Counted from the first letter of the whole stretch, positions 46,707 through 59,576 are shown. The stretch: DNA of 62,952 nucleotides, filler included, from Stramenopiles sp. TOSAG23-6 (GCA_900128565.1; 11 parts of 11 records of this genome joined end to end with filler, not necessarily neighbours in it), one strand, 5' to 3'. Numbers and translations: made by a program. Notes: a model not told the origin generated them from the sequence alone.

Positions 46707-48455
46707 TTATACATTTTTGGACGTTTCTTCCATTTCAATGTCAAAGTCGTCAGGTACATTTCTCAAAATCCAGCGGTCAATTTCATCTTCCATGTCGTCT
46801 TTGTCGTGTATCGAAATATCTCCAACTTGAGCCGCTCTTTGTGCTTTCAACTTCTTCGCTTCCTCTTCAAAACCCCGGACAGAACGCATATGACTTGTTT
46901 CGTTTACTTCAGTCAAGAATTCCTTTATTTTGTGTGCTGTTGGTGTGGTCGGTCGTAGTGGACTTTGTTCCAATGAACTTTCCAGCGCTGCATTACTATT
47001 CTTGAGAACAGTTTTATCAGAAAATGTAGATGCAATTGCACGATCAATACCTAAAACATGACCACCTAATATATTTCCGACGGCATCACCACGTTCAATA
47101 GGTAAATACAACTGCGAATCAATTGGGTTGGAGTGGGTATCAAAGTCAAGAAATTCGGAAATTACAGTATCCGATATATCACTAAAACTATCATACTTTT
47201 TCATAGGATTAGATACACTAGATAATATAGCTCGGGAGACAGAAAACTCCATTTGAAGACATTCTGCAATGGAATATTCTACTTTTTTACAACCCCCTAT
47301 ACGTTGCATTGCGTGAGTTAGTTTTAGAGCTAGAGGGGAACGCTCATGGAGTAACACTTGAAGAGTTTGACTCGCCCAGTCAGCTAACGAATCGCCTGCA
47401 GAACCTGAAGCAAGTTGTTCCAATTGTTCGATAATTTCCTCAATACTGTCTTGATTGAAACAAGTATCAATTAATTCTAAATGATTTGACAACCAAGTCT
47501 CTGGTATAACTGCAGTATCACCTGTAATAGTGTCTCCATGCGTACCGTATGAAATTGCAGTATCAAAACTGGCTTCAACTAGGCAATCTGCTAGTGTTGA
47601 GTTCATACGACTTGATATATTATCAATATCGTCTCTAAGAAATCCTATAGAACCACTTAATACGGGTGTGTAATGCGTGGCAATACCAGTATGAAGAGCA
47701 TCCGCTCCAGTTACCCGGGCCCCTGTTAACGATAACCATAGACCTATACCAGACATTCGATCTTCATTACCACGAAACTGAAGTCGAGGAAGATTATATG
47801 ATGCACCCATATCTGGTATCCATCCTATTTCTGTCTCTGGTAATTGAAATATTGTCTTATCAGTAGCAATGCGAACACGATTTAATAAGGAAAGTGAAGC
47901 GGCAGACCCGGATGTTAAGCCATCAAGAAGTGTAATCACTGGTGTCCCGGATGTCGCTAAACGATAGCTAAGATAATTCTCCTGTCTTAATATGTCAATA
48001 GCTTTATCCAATGAACCATTTTGTACCATTTGTACGAGTGCAGGATGATCACGGCCTCTACAAAACACATCAGAACGTTGGTCATTGCTTCCTTGATAAC
48101 CACCAAGGAAAATAGCCAAAATTTGAGAATTTGGTTCCCAAAGTTCATGAAGGCGTGTTAGTTGCTGAACGGTAGAAAGATCAAGAACATTATCTCCATT
48201 GTTCGTATTTACTTCTGCCATTCTCCATGTAGCATTCCCTTCGGAAATTAGAACCTTCTCGTCTGATCGGAAAGGTTGTCGGACAACTTCTTCATCGCGA
48301 GATGAGAGAAGACCACGAGACAGAGGATGTTTTTCTTCATCTTTGTTTGTGTCTATATTACTCGTACTGAAACTACACGATGATAAAGCTGTCGAGTGAC
48401 GTAAGTGTGATGCGGATGTGCGCGTAAATGTTCGAACTAATTGTGTGGAAGACAT
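46707..48455 (-). CDS. 3-hydroxyisobutyryl-CoA hydrolase-like (crotonase fold), mitochondrial
   Basis: Presequence-like N-terminus; RIATDKTIFQLPETEIGWIPDMGASYNLPRL, LTGARV, GIATHY, RSPLALK. Confidence 0.85.
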   Translation of the reverse strand: MSSTQLVRTFTRTSASHLRHSTALSSCSFSTSNIDTNKDEEKHPLSRGLLSSRDEEVVRQPFRSDEKVLISEGNATWRMAEVNTNNGDNVLDLSTVQQLTRLHELWEPNSQILAIFLGGYQGSNDQRSDVFCRGRDHPALVQMVQNGSLDKAIDILRQENYLSYRLATSGTPVITLLDGLTSGSAASLSLLNRVRIATDKTIFQLPETEIGWIPDMGASYNLPRLQFRGNEDRMSGIGLWLSLTGARVTGADALHTGIATHYTPVLSGSIGFLRDDIDNISSRMNSTLADCLVEASFDTAISYGTHGDTITGDTAVIPETWLSNHLELIDTCFNQDSIEEIIEQLEQLASGSAGDSLADWASQTLQVLLHERSPLALKLTHAMQRIGGCKKVEYSIAECLQMEFSVSRAILSSVSNPMKKYDSFSDISDTVISEFLDFDTHSNPIDSQLYLPIERGDAVGNILGGHVLGIDRAIASTFSDKTVLKNSNAALESSLEQSPLRPTTPTAHKIKEFLTEVNETSHMRSVRGFEEEAKKLKAQRAAQVGDISIHDKDDMEDEIDRWILRNVPDDFDIEMEETSKNV

Positions 48456-48792
48456 AATCACACCAACTTGTTGAATACACTACAAAAGTAATCTGGATAT
48501 TTTAGTTTTGTTGTGTGTGTTTGCGACTGACTTTTGATTAATTCTAATGCGCCACGTGCTCGAAGTTAAAATTTTTGACTCGTGTGTTACCCGGTTCCAA
48601 AAATAAAGCTGCTTTGATCCATTGAATTCAGATCGTAAACCGTAAAATAAAATTGACAAAAAAATGTCATAAAAATTAAATACTACTACGTCAAAGACCG
48701 AAAAGACTATTTCCCTGTAAGGGGTAAAGACATACACAATACATACAGTAACATTATTTAAATTCACTTCATTTTGAGCAATATTTTTAGCC

Positions 48793-49320
48793 ATGAATGG
48801 TCAAATCATGTTTTTCTATCTCTTCATTTTGGGATGGATCAGTTCTAGTGCAATACACGTTGAAAAGAATTATATTTGTTTGAATCACAATGAAAATCCT
48901 GATAATACTTGCTCTGTTCACAAAGACAGAATTTCTTGTACGTCTTCGTATGATACAACACATAAGAAGTGTTTATATGTGTATAGAAAAGCCGCACAAT
49001 TAAATGAAACATGTTGTCCAAATAAGAAAGAAGATAATGGGAAATGCGCCGAAAAAATAGGTGGTCTACAGTGTGATGCAAATTTGTACTGCTACGTTTC
49101 CACTTTTCGTGGTGACGTTGGCACCTGCGTCTTACGAAGCAGTGTTGCTTTTATTGGCCAGACATGTTGCAAAACAAAAACAGAAGTATGTACAGCACCA
49201 CACTGTGCGTCAGGATTGACTTGTTATTCTAGCCCATCTTTTTTTGGTACGTGTGGTCGATCGTTTCCATCTCTTCGAAGTCGAAATGGAGAAAACAGTA
49301 CACTATTTTCCTGGTTTTGA
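48793..49320 (+). CDS. Small secreted cysteine-rich protein
   Basis: Hydrophobic N-terminal signal-like segment; many Cys in two repeated CC...C...C...C...GTC units. Confidence 0.65.
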   Translation: MNGQIMFFYLFILGWISSSAIHVEKNYICLNHNENPDNTCSVHKDRISCTSSYDTTHKKCLYVYRKAAQLNETCCPNKKEDNGKCAEKIGGLQCDANLYCYVSTFRGDVGTCVLRSSVAFIGQTCCKTKTEVCTAPHCASGLTCYSSPSFFGTCGRSFPSLRSRNGENSTLFSWF

Positions 49321-49884
49321 ATTTAAAAAAAAAATAATACTAGAGAACTGTGTGTAACAAGATCGTTACAATCCCAATATACATTGGATAACTTGGAAGC
49401 TTGTGCATTTGTATACAAAATGATAAAATAATACATTTGCAACTTACATTTCATTCAAATTTCATATTTATTCTTTTATCCTTAGGGTTAGGGTAAAAAG
49501 ACACATCAGAGGGAAGAAAGATTATTTCTCTCTGGTGTTTTTTTTCCCTTTACATTATCTATGTGGTTCATTTTGGAACTGTAGCTAGATTGCCTACAAT
49601 GCAACATAAAGAAAAAACAACAAAAACAAATTTAAATTTAAATTTAAATTTTTTTATAAAACAATTAGAAAAAACAAAAACAAATTCATTTATTTTTGTA
49701 TTTTTGTATGTAACAATTAGAAAAAACAGAAATAATAAAAACAAAATTAAATTTTTTTTTAATTCACAAATCAACATGTTAACATAATGTTTAAGTGGTC
49801 AAGTTTTACACTTCACAAACAAAAAAAGAACAAAAAAAATACAATTTTTACATTTTGTCATTTTTTTTTGGACATTACAAATTT

Positions 49885-51996
49885 TTATTGAGTTTCTAAT
49901 ATTTTTGTTACAATACCAGCCGCAATGTATTGTAAAAAAATATTTTTTTTTTGTAATTTTTTTGTTAGGTACAAAATTTTTATAAAAAACCAAAAAAAAA
50001 AAAAATTAAAAATTAAAAAAAAAATAAAATGTACAACTCATTTCGCCAAGAGCCTCGCTGGATGACAACTTGGTGGGTTCCTCCATTTGCCGTTGGTGTT
50101 TTGCACGAGATATGAGACGGAGAATGGACTGTAACTGGTGCGCATTTGGACGTACCAATCATTACTGATATCGTGCTATATTCCGAAGTATGTGTACTTG
50201 TACTAAAATTAATTGGGCCTACCACACCAATACCATAAATATCTAATGTTTCACCGCCATAAGGTGAACAACCTGTTAGATTTGGATAAGAGGTATCTCG
50301 GTCAACTGTCGTGTCACAACCAATCATATATTTAATAATTGGACCAGGATATGCAAATGAATTGATGACTAAATTATTATCTAATGCCACTACCTTACGT
50401 GCAGATGCGCTTTTATTTTGAGGATCTGTTGATGTGTATCCTGTACCCGCCTGTCCATAATGATTATTACCAAAACAATACAAACTACTATCCTTCATAA
50501 TTGCGCATGTACTATCTACCCCAGTATCAATATCAACAACATCATTGAGTAATTTTTTTGTATCCTCATTTGTTATCCAACATAATGGTTTATGATATTG
50601 AGAATCAATTCTCTTGATATCATCCAACATTTCCTCAGGAAAAGTCGGACCATTTGAGTAATTTTGTTCATCGACGCCACAATCTGTATCAGACATATAC
50701 ATATCACCCCAACATCCAACATTACCATTAGCAATAAGAATGCATCCGCCTAAATCACCAGAACTTATTTTTATAGCACGGTGGGTTGCTGAAAGCCATG
50801 TATTTTGGAAAAATATTTCAAAAAAAAAAATCTTTTAGGTTTTTAAGGTTTAGGTACAAAATTTTTTTACCAAAAAAAAAAAAAATATATTCGAAATAAA
50901 AAAAAATAAAACATACATATCCTTGGAGTTGCATAATGACCTGCTCCGGATATTAATCGAATTTCACCTCCTTCATATAAAACACTACCAAAAATATGGC
51001 TTTTAGCAATACCTCCAAGATACTGAGTGACTTGAATTGCTTTCAGACCTCCAATCCACATGCAAGTGCTTTGATCACATGTATCAGGCTTTATTTTTGA
51101 TGCACATAATGTATAGTTTGCAGACGTACATTTACTCCCTACTGGTGTACCTCCAGATGTTTTACACATATTTCCTCTCGAAGAACATGAAGTAGATGAG
51201 ACATGAGACGGTGACGTTTCACATTTCGAACGGTTTTTTGATACGCATTTTGTCGTTGACGTCGCTGCAGTGACTGATGTTCCTGAGAACCCGGTACCTG
51301 CAATTTCTGACCAATAATCGTAGATGCCCTCTGCTCCAACAATTTCAATATCAGGATTAAGCATACAGAAAACACGGCCTGCATCAGCAGAAGATGGACC
51401 ACTACGAATTACACAAATCCTGGAACTATTTGGCGGTGATATCTCTTTTACATAATCTAATTCTATTGTATAGGGAGAGCCAATACTAGAAGTACCAGCA
51501 GGTACATGTATTATAAAAAAATATTTTCAAAAAAAAATTCAAAACTTTGTTAGGTATGAATTTTTTTTTTTTTTTTTTAATGGAAACCAAAAAAAAAAAT
51601 CATAATGAGAATAATCAAAACATACATCCCATGACTTACTCTGACGAATGCTCAACCCTTTCGCGTTTGTCGCTGGTAACAGATATATTGGCCTTTGAAA
51701 TGGATACTGTATCCATGTAAAATCATTGGTATTTGTTGTTTGTTGCAGTTTATCACCTGTAATTGTCTTAACTGTTGTTTGTACCACATGTGGATAAATC
51801 TTTTCATCTGCTTCTCTTGCTGGAGCAAAACCACCACCACCTCCACCACCACTATCCCCACCACCACTATCTCCACCACCGCTATCTCCACCACCGCTAT
51901 CTCCGCCTCCACTATCTCCACCACCGCTATCTCCGCCTCCACTATCTCCACTATCTCCACCACCACTATCCTTACCACCACCACCACCACCACCAG
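49885..51996 (-). CDS. RCC1-like repeat plus IPT/TIG-domain protein with a Gly/Asp/Ser-rich segment, 5'-truncated
   Basis: TGVDSTCAIMKDSSLYCFGNNHYGQAG; SPYGGETLDIYG...VMIGTSKC...ISCKTP; three GT...AT introns. Confidence 0.7.
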
Positions 51997-52096
51997 NNNN
52001 NNNNNNNNNNNNNNNNNNNNNNNNNNNNNNNNNNNNNNNNTTAATTAATTAANNNNNNNNNNNNNNNNNNNNNNNNNNNNNNNNNNNNNNNNNNNN
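51997..52096. other. Artificial contig spacer
   Basis: N44-TTAATTAATTAA-N44. Confidence 0.98.
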
Positions 52097-52151
52097 TCGT
52101 ACGAAATTTTGTACCTAACGATTTTTTTTGAAATATTTTTCCAAAATACAT

Positions 52152-54283
52152 GCCCTCGTTTAATTGGAAAAGGGGGTGTAAATATTAAAAAACTTAGAGA
52201 GGATACTAAATGTAGTATTGAATGTGATGCTAAAGGAAATGTGATGTTTAAAGGACAAGAAGATGTTATCAAGAATGCTGTCGCTGTTGTGACAAATTTT
52301 GTAGGTGAAAATCAAATATGTAGTGATGATAACCTTGCGTTGAAAATCTTTGTGAGTAAAGGTCATGTTGCATATATTATTGGAAAAAAAGGAAGTCAAC
52401 TGAATGAATTTGAAAAAAAGTATAATGTAACTATCGAAATTAATCGCAATTCGGAAAAGAGTGGTGCTACAATTTATGGTAGAAAAGTGGACACTGAAGC
52501 GTGTAAATCCGCCATTATTTCATATTTACGTCAGACAGTTCGCGTTACTCACGATATAAAAATTTCTGCCAAACAAATGCATTATATATTTGGTAAAAAT
52601 TTAAGTGGTATTGGACAACTTCGTAGTTCTTCTGGTGCTCGTATTGATACTCAGCTGAATGGAAATGGCAAAGAATATAACATACGTGTGAATGGCACAG
52701 AAATGTCTGCTGGTTCTGCTCTTGCTGCTTTAAAGGCTGCACAAAATGGAAAAATGTCATCTTTAGTACGACTTGTTTCCCCAGATCATCTTTCTCTTTT
52801 ACGTGGCAGTGCTGGTGGAAATCTTCAAAAAATACGCGAAGATTGCAATGTATCATTGACGCTTCAAAATGATGAAGAAATGTCTTTATCGTCTATCTTA
52901 GTTGTTGGTTCTACAAAGGGTGTTCAATCAGCAGTTCTAGATGTTCAACTTTTATTAAGTTTCTTTTTCCCTGATAATTATGCTCGAATATCTTTACCAT
53001 CTACCTTTATAAGTACTTTGTTTCATGATAAAGCAGCAAAATTGAAAGCATATGAAGAAAATGGTTGTAAGGTACAAGTGGATTACAAGGGAAATTCTTT
53101 ATGCATTCAAGGGTCAAAAGAAGCTGTGTCGAGTGTTAAAAGTACTGTCCATGCTGCATTGAAAGAACATGCTTTTGAAAACGCAGAAATAAAAATTAAT
53201 GATATTGAGAGTATATCTCTTTTAATTGGCCCAAAAGGTGCAAATATTAAAGATATGCAAAACAAATGTGGAGCTCGCTTTGATATATCTCGTGAGAATA
53301 TGATTGTATGTATTCGAGGTAAACGTGAACAAGTTGAAGAAGGTAAAAAATTAGTCCAAGAAACATTTGATCGTTTTAAAAAATGTCGTTTTTCTATGGA
53401 CATTGAAACAGATTTTGCTCCTGTACTTATTGGAAAAGGTGGTTCTACCATACGAGATCTACAGAAGGAAACTGGTTGTAGGATTCAAGTTGACAAAGAA
53501 TTTGGTGTTGTTATTGTACGAGCTCCAATGGGTTCCGAGAATAAATTGGTTGCTGCTCGTGAATTAATTGATGCTATGCTTGTAGAGTATAATGAAAGAC
53601 GTCATCGTGAAATAATGGAAGCTACTCGTGTTGAAGAAGAAATTCATGGACAATCTGATAAAAATGAAAACACACGTGGAAAGCAAGAGCAGCGACGTAA
53701 TTTCGATCAAAGAAAACAACATATACCACAGGAAAAAGTTGTTTTGAAAGCACCTGCTGATGCTTTTGATAATATCCCTCTTGGTTCTTCCCAGTCGGTG
53801 GAATCTTCAAGACGTCGGCGAAGACAGAATAAATCATCGGAATATGATGATGATTCTAATGCTTTAAATATGCTCAAGAGAATGGGTGTTAGTGTTAACG
53901 AAAATTCCTCAAATTTTCAAAACCATAATCTCACTCATGCTAGTGGTAGCAATATGGATTCTAGAGGCCAAGATGCATTTACACCACCTCCTTATTTATT
54001 GAATAGAGACCAATTTAATACATACGATAAAACAAATACTACGCAAATTTCTGGTATTTCTAATACTGAAACTTCTGCTCCTTCTTTACCCCCTGGATTT
54101 GGACTGACAGGTGTGACACCCAATAAAACTCAACATGTACGTTTTTATCATGAATTTCTAATTTAATTTTTTTTTCGTACCAAATACCGTACCTAACGAA
54201 TTTCAAATTTTAAAATAATTTTTACAACACATGAATCTAGTTACTACAAATCATCAACTGGAGGTTACAGTGTACGACTGTAA
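52152..54283 (+). CDS. Multi-KH-domain RNA-binding protein (vigilin-like), 5'-truncated
   Basis: LIGKGG, IIGKKG, LIGPKG, LIGKGG GxxG loops; GT...AT intron 54137-54232. Confidence 0.85.
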
Positions 54284-54602
54284 AACTATGTTTAATTTTC
54301 AGGTATTTCTTGAAAATAAAATATACCAGAGTAATGCCTTATTGATTTTTCTCCAAAGCAATTGATTTTTTTTTTTTTAATATTTATTGCTGTTTGAACA
54401 ATGTTTGTTTGAATATATATATTCAATAATGACATTATGACAATATATGAGAATTTTTTTTTTAACAGTTACATTTTGTCAAATAACATGACTACTACAC
54501 TACTTATACGTAGCTATAGTTACCCTACGCGTTTCTCACTACTGTAAGATTTCATCAATAAGGATGCTTCATTGATATATACCATATTGAAAAACGTATT
54601 CC

Positions 54603-57600
54603 ATGAGAGCTGCAGCTGCAGCAGGAAGTAGTCCTAGGCGGAAACATCGGCAGAGCAATACCTTAGATTCTATAAAGTTAACGAACCCATCATTTAAAGA
54701 TAACAATTCTTGTGTTACATCAGTTGAAAATAATAAAAATAGTATTGCCAGTGAAGAAACTCTCGTTAATTCTACGAAGAAAGAAGATTTCCCCGTTTTT
54801 GAAGAACATATTGACTCTATTGAAACAGAAAATGATAATGTTTCAAAAGAGAAAAATACCAAAGAAAATCTGAACGAAGCGTTTCACAAGGGATTTTACG
54901 AAAACGCAATGATAAAAGCACAGCAACATACATTACCCTGGTTTCTTCAAGACTCTGATTTATTTGGTGTAAAAGACGAAATAAACCAAGAACAAAGTGA
55001 AGAGACCAAACCCGGTTGTAATGAATCAAATATAAGACGTCAAAAACCACAGACTCGCCGTGGTGTTTTTATTGACATGAATCAAGCTCGGAAGCTTACT
55101 AAGGTAGGTGAAAAAGTTGGGACAAAGTTTGCAATGACAGATGGAATACTTTTTTCAGCAGACAGGAAAATGGTTATTACAATGCCTTCCGTTGATGCAG
55201 CCATGGCAAAGTTATCTAATGATAAACATGCCTTAGAGTCCTTCCTTTGGGAACATAAAAAAGAGGGAAATGCAAGATTAGCTCTTGGTGCCGAATGGAA
55301 GATTCGTGCAAATGCTCGACGTTGGTCTGCCCTAGAAGATAGCAAAGGATTAATTGGCGAGCTTGAAATAGCAATGTTGAAACAGCGCGAAGCCATAGCA
55401 AGAAATAAAAAAAAATACCGATATGAAGTTTGCGTAGGACGAAATAAAAGACCTGATGGTTTTTGGAAAAAAGAGGGTCGGGATAAAAAACCTATATATA
55501 AGATAATGGATATGCTTCCTGATACTGATGATCAAAATGTAGTAGCTTCGTCTTCAAGAATTAATAACCCTAGATTCAAAATATTGAGTTATAATCTTAT
55601 GCCACAAAAATACTTCAAAGAACAGAAAGATTTGTTTATGTATTGCAGTAGTCATTTACTAAATTGGTCTTTTAGGTCAGAGAATTTATTAAAAGAAGTA
55701 ATTTCTTTTGGCGCGGACATAATTTGTCTTCAAGGAGTAGACCAATATGAAAAGTGGTGGCAACCAAAGATGTCAAATGCTGGGTATGATGGGATATTTA
55801 AAGAAAGCACAGCTGAATATTACTCCTTTGGCTTAGCTACTTTTTATAGGAGAGATATTTATCAATTATGTTCTTCAGATTCCCTTGAATTTCGCGATAT
55901 AATGAAACAATCTCGGGGGACTGACGCTGATGATAAAGATGACGACAGTGATAAAATAATAGAATCTCCATTAAAAAATAATGATGTGGCGCTTGTTTGT
56001 ACATTGCAGCCGTGGGAAACATCCCCACATCCTTCCGCTGTATTTGTTGTAAACACAGAACTATCGCGTAAGCCACCACATAGTATTCATGCGAATGATG
56101 CTAAATCGTATTTGCGTATGCTTCAAGCAAGATATTTATTGCGCAGAGTTGAAAGATGGAATGCGCATATGCAATTGCCTGTTTTAATGACTGGAAGTTT
56201 TCATTGCGATAGTGAAGATCCTGTTTATCATATGATATGTACGGGTAGTTTACCAAAAATCTTAGAGCCCCCAAGTCAACCAGGAAAACCAGTTGCTTTT
56301 AAACCTACTTGGTCTTCGATGCAGGTTAAATGGGAAGTATGTAAATCTGAAGGTAGCCATTCTATAGTAGGGTATAAAATACAACGACGAGTCGGGAAAA
56401 ACACATCAATAGGTTTTACAAATGATATATTTATACCTGTTGATCCACATGAACATAGTGATAGTGATAGTTGGACCGATTCTGAAGAAGAAGAAATGAC
56501 TAAGCTTGATCAATTGAAAGCCTCATACGACGCCGAAGAATTACCGAGACCAAAGGCAAATGCATATTTTAAACTTTGTGAGGAAAAAGTAGCAATAGCA
56601 AATGCAGTGGCAGATGATGCTATTGGTGCGTTTGCCAAAGCACAATCGATGTCTATTCGGGCATCATTAGAAGATAAAGCTGATGCAGTTAAGAAAGCAG
56701 AGGAATTAAGTATGGCAAATTTAGTCGCCCAATCTAAGAAAAAAACGGAATTAGATGCTTTAGAAATAGCGCGTCAAGGTGATCCTATTGCATTAGCTGC
56801 ATATGTTATTGAGCTAAATAAGAAAGTTGCAAGTATACCAGATGATCCATTAAAACGTGGAGTGAAGAATCGCGCGATTGCTGAATTGAACGAATGTAAA
56901 ACTAAACTTGAAGTTTTAGAAAAATTTATGAAAAAAGAAACAAAAAGAGTCAAACAGGAAATAAAAGAACGTGCTGAAGAATTGGCTGCGAGGTTAGCTC
57001 GTGGAGATTCAGTATTGTTAGAAGCAGAGTTAGCAGAGAAAAAAAAACTTGATGAGAAACGGAAACAAAAGGAAGCAGATATTCGAGCTCGTCGACGACT
57101 CCGAGAAAAAAAAAAGAAAGTTAAATATATAGAATTTACTGCTCAAGAGCTCGCATCAGGTTTAGTCTACGAATATCGTGTAGCTGCAATGAGCGTAATT
57201 GGTTTAAGCAAATGGTCAGAAATTAGCGATCCTTTAGCAACTGCGATAAGCCGAAGACAAGAAAAAGGATTGTGCTCGATATTATCAAATGTAGATATCG
57301 CTGGTGGTATAATAAAAAATGTTGGCGAAAAAGACGAATTAGATCTTGATTTAGTAATTGGTCGCAGAGATTCGGGATTAACGCCTCGTCTTGATGATGG
57401 CACTAAATTACATGGAACAGCAACAAATCGTTCAATGGATTTAATGGACTATTTTCATGCAAAAGGTGTACCTTTAGGTACTCTAGATAAACTAGCAGTC
57501 CATGCACTTAACTTGCGGTCGGCCTATGCATTATATCCTTTAGGTCCTTCCCACGGAGAATTTGCAGTTGGGGAACCTAGTGCAACTTTAATCACAGAAA

Positions 57601-57971
57601 GAAGAAGAGAGCAATGTGATTACATCTTCTATTCAGCAGAAAGATTTGTAACCAAAAGACTTATGATGGTACCAGGCAAAGCATTCATGAAGGAGTTGGA
57701 TGTTCGAGAACCGGAAATGATCAGTGCATCTGAAAAGGATAAACCAGCCAATTGGTGTACAGAAAAATATATACTAGAAGCTAATTATGACACAGGAGAA
57801 ATGAATGAAATCCCAAATCCTTTATATAAAGGAGAGTGGAAGGGTGCTCTTGTACCTAATCCAAACAGAACGCACAATTATTTACCAAACAGGCATATTT
57901 CAAGTACACATTTCGCATTATGCGCAGAGATAGCATTTTCTGATATGACGTTAACTTCTGAATGGTACTAA
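54603..57971 (+). CDS. CCR4/Angel-like EEP-domain protein interrupted by a split FN3 domain and coiled coil; probable pseudoenzyme
   Basis: FKILSYNL, LNWSFR, ADIICLQ, GLATFYR, CDYIFY; FN3 halves PPSQPGKP...GYKIQ and LASGLVYEYRVAAMS...WS. Confidence 0.8.
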   Translation: MRAAAAAGSSPRRKHRQSNTLDSIKLTNPSFKDNNSCVTSVENNKNSIASEETLVNSTKKEDFPVFEEHIDSIETENDNVSKEKNTKENLNEAFHKGFYENAMIKAQQHTLPWFLQDSDLFGVKDEINQEQSEETKPGCNESNIRRQKPQTRRGVFIDMNQARKLTKVGEKVGTKFAMTDGILFSADRKMVITMPSVDAAMAKLSNDKHALESFLWEHKKEGNARLALGAEWKIRANARRWSALEDSKGLIGELEIAMLKQREAIARNKKKYRYEVCVGRNKRPDGFWKKEGRDKKPIYKIMDMLPDTDDQNVVASSSRINNPRFKILSYNLMPQKYFKEQKDLFMYCSSHLLNWSFRSENLLKEVISFGADIICLQGVDQYEKWWQPKMSNAGYDGIFKESTAEYYSFGLATFYRRDIYQLCSSDSLEFRDIMKQSRGTDADDKDDDSDKIIESPLKNNDVALVCTLQPWETSPHPSAVFVVNTELSRKPPHSIHANDAKSYLRMLQARYLLRRVERWNAHMQLPVLMTGSFHCDSEDPVYHMICTGSLPKILEPPSQPGKPVAFKPTWSSMQVKWEVCKSEGSHSIVGYKIQRRVGKNTSIGFTNDIFIPVDPHEHSDSDSWTDSEEEEMTKLDQLKASYDAEELPRPKANAYFKLCEEKVAIANAVADDAIGAFAKAQSMSIRASLEDKADAVKKAEELSMANLVAQSKKKTELDALEIARQGDPIALAAYVIELNKKVASIPDDPLKRGVKNRAIAELNECKTKLEVLEKFMKKETKRVKQEIKERAEELAARLARGDSVLLEAELAEKKKLDEKRKQKEADIRARRRLREKKKKVKYIEFTAQELASGLVYEYRVAAMSVIGLSKWSEISDPLATAISRRQEKGLCSILSNVDIAGGIIKNVGEKDELDLDLVIGRRDSGLTPRLDDGTKLHGTATNRSMDLMDYFHAKGVPLGTLDKLAVHALNLRSAYALYPLGPSHGEFAVGEPSATLITERRREQCDYIFYSAERFVTKRLMMVPGKAFMKELDVREPEMISASEKDKPANWCTEKYILEANYDTGEMNEIPNPLYKGEWKGALVPNPNRTHNYLPNRHISSTHFALCAEIAFSDMTLTSEWY

Positions 57972-58321
57972 ATAGTATGTAATTTGAAAATAATATGGAA
58001 ATAAATTATTGAAATGTTTTACTATATTTTGTACCATTTTGTTCTTTATTACCATAACTACAATACACCATATTTTATACGAATAAATCCGAAGATTTTA
58101 TGGAACAATTGTTAAAAGGAAATTAAATAGAAATATCTTTATTACATTTCAATGATACTGTATATCCCTAACCCTAGTATAATATACGATTCGAAGTTTC
58201 AAAACTGGTTGCGGTCAAACAAACAATCAACTCGCGTAGTACCTCTGGCCATTGGATTATTTTCGGATAGTGTTTTTCGAGGGGTACGGAAGAACATTAT
58301 TTCTACAGAATACCCACAATA

Positions 58322-59368
58322 ATGTTTCCACGGAGTTGTTTGCGCTATTCTAGGCAATTAAAATTGTGTTCTAGATCTCAGTCTAGTCGTTCTTTTTCAG
58401 CCAGGAAGTCTTCCGATGGACGTCACGCAGTTCCACAACCAAAAAGTGCTAATGTACCAGTATTTGATTACTCACCGCTATTTCAGAAGGCAGCACCCTC
58501 AACAACGCCATATCGGAAGCTCACATCTGACTTTGTGACTCCATTGATTTTAAATGGCGAGAAATTTCTCAAAATAGAATATGAAGCTTTGCGTTTGCTT
58601 TCTTCTACAGCTATGCGTGATATTGCACATCTTCTTCGACCGGCTCACTTGCAGCAACTTCGCAATATTTTAGATGATTCAGAGGCTACTTCGAATGACA
58701 AGTTTGTAGCTCTTGAGTTATTAAAAAATGCATGCATTGCATCTGGTTTTATATTACCAGGTTGTCAAGACACGGGAACGGGAATTGTTTTTGGAAAACG
58801 TGGTCATAATATCATCACTGGTTTTGATGACGAAGCTGCTTTGTCTCATGGAGTTTTTGATACCTATACGGAAACAAATTTACGTTATAGCCAAGTTGCA
58901 CCTTTATCAATGTACGACGAGAAAAATACGGGATGCAATCTTCCTGCACAAATTGATACCTATGCTGTCCCAGGCTCGGAATATAATTTTGGATTTATCG
59001 CAAAAGGTGGTGGTTCTGCAAACAAAACTTTTCTTTTTCAGCAGACAAAGGCTTTGCTCAATCCCGATTCGATGATGAAATTTCTTGAAGAAAAAATTAA
59101 AACATTAGGTACAGCAGCATGTCCACCTTATCATTTAGCCATTGTAATTGGAGGGTTGTCAGCTGAACTTACGTTAAAAACTGTAAAAATGGCATCGATC
59201 AAATATTTAGACAATTTACCTACTACTGGAAGTGAGAGTGGTCGTGCATTTCGTGATTTGGAATTAGAGTCTCGTGTGCATGAATTGACTCAACAGATGG
59301 GAATTGGTGCCCAGTTTGGTGGAAAATATTTTTGTCATGATGTCCGAGTTGTGAGACTTCCAAGACAT
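58322..59368 (+). CDS. Class I (Fe-S) fumarate hydratase, mitochondrial, 3'-truncated
   Basis: Presequence-like N-terminus; [35 protein letters not shown]. Confidence 0.95.
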
Positions 59369-59421
59369 GTACGTTTTCATCATGAATTTCTAATTTATTT
59401 ATTTTTTTCATACGAAATTTT

Positions 59422-59521
59422 NNNNNNNNNNNNNNNNNNNNNNNNNNNNNNNNNNNNNNNNNNNNTTAATTAATTAANNNNNNNNNNNNNNNNNNNNNNN
59501 NNNNNNNNNNNNNNNNNNNNN
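59422..59521. other. Artificial contig spacer
   Basis: N44-TTAATTAATTAA-N44. Confidence 0.98.
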
Positions 59522-59576
59522 TTTTTTTTTTTTGAAACTAAAAAAAAAAAATTTGAAATATTTTTCCAAAATACAT

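Noticed and set aside
51652-52048. Poly-His, poly-Thr and poly-Val ORFs
   Set aside because: Alternative frames of a Gly/Asp/Ser coding repeat on the minus strand
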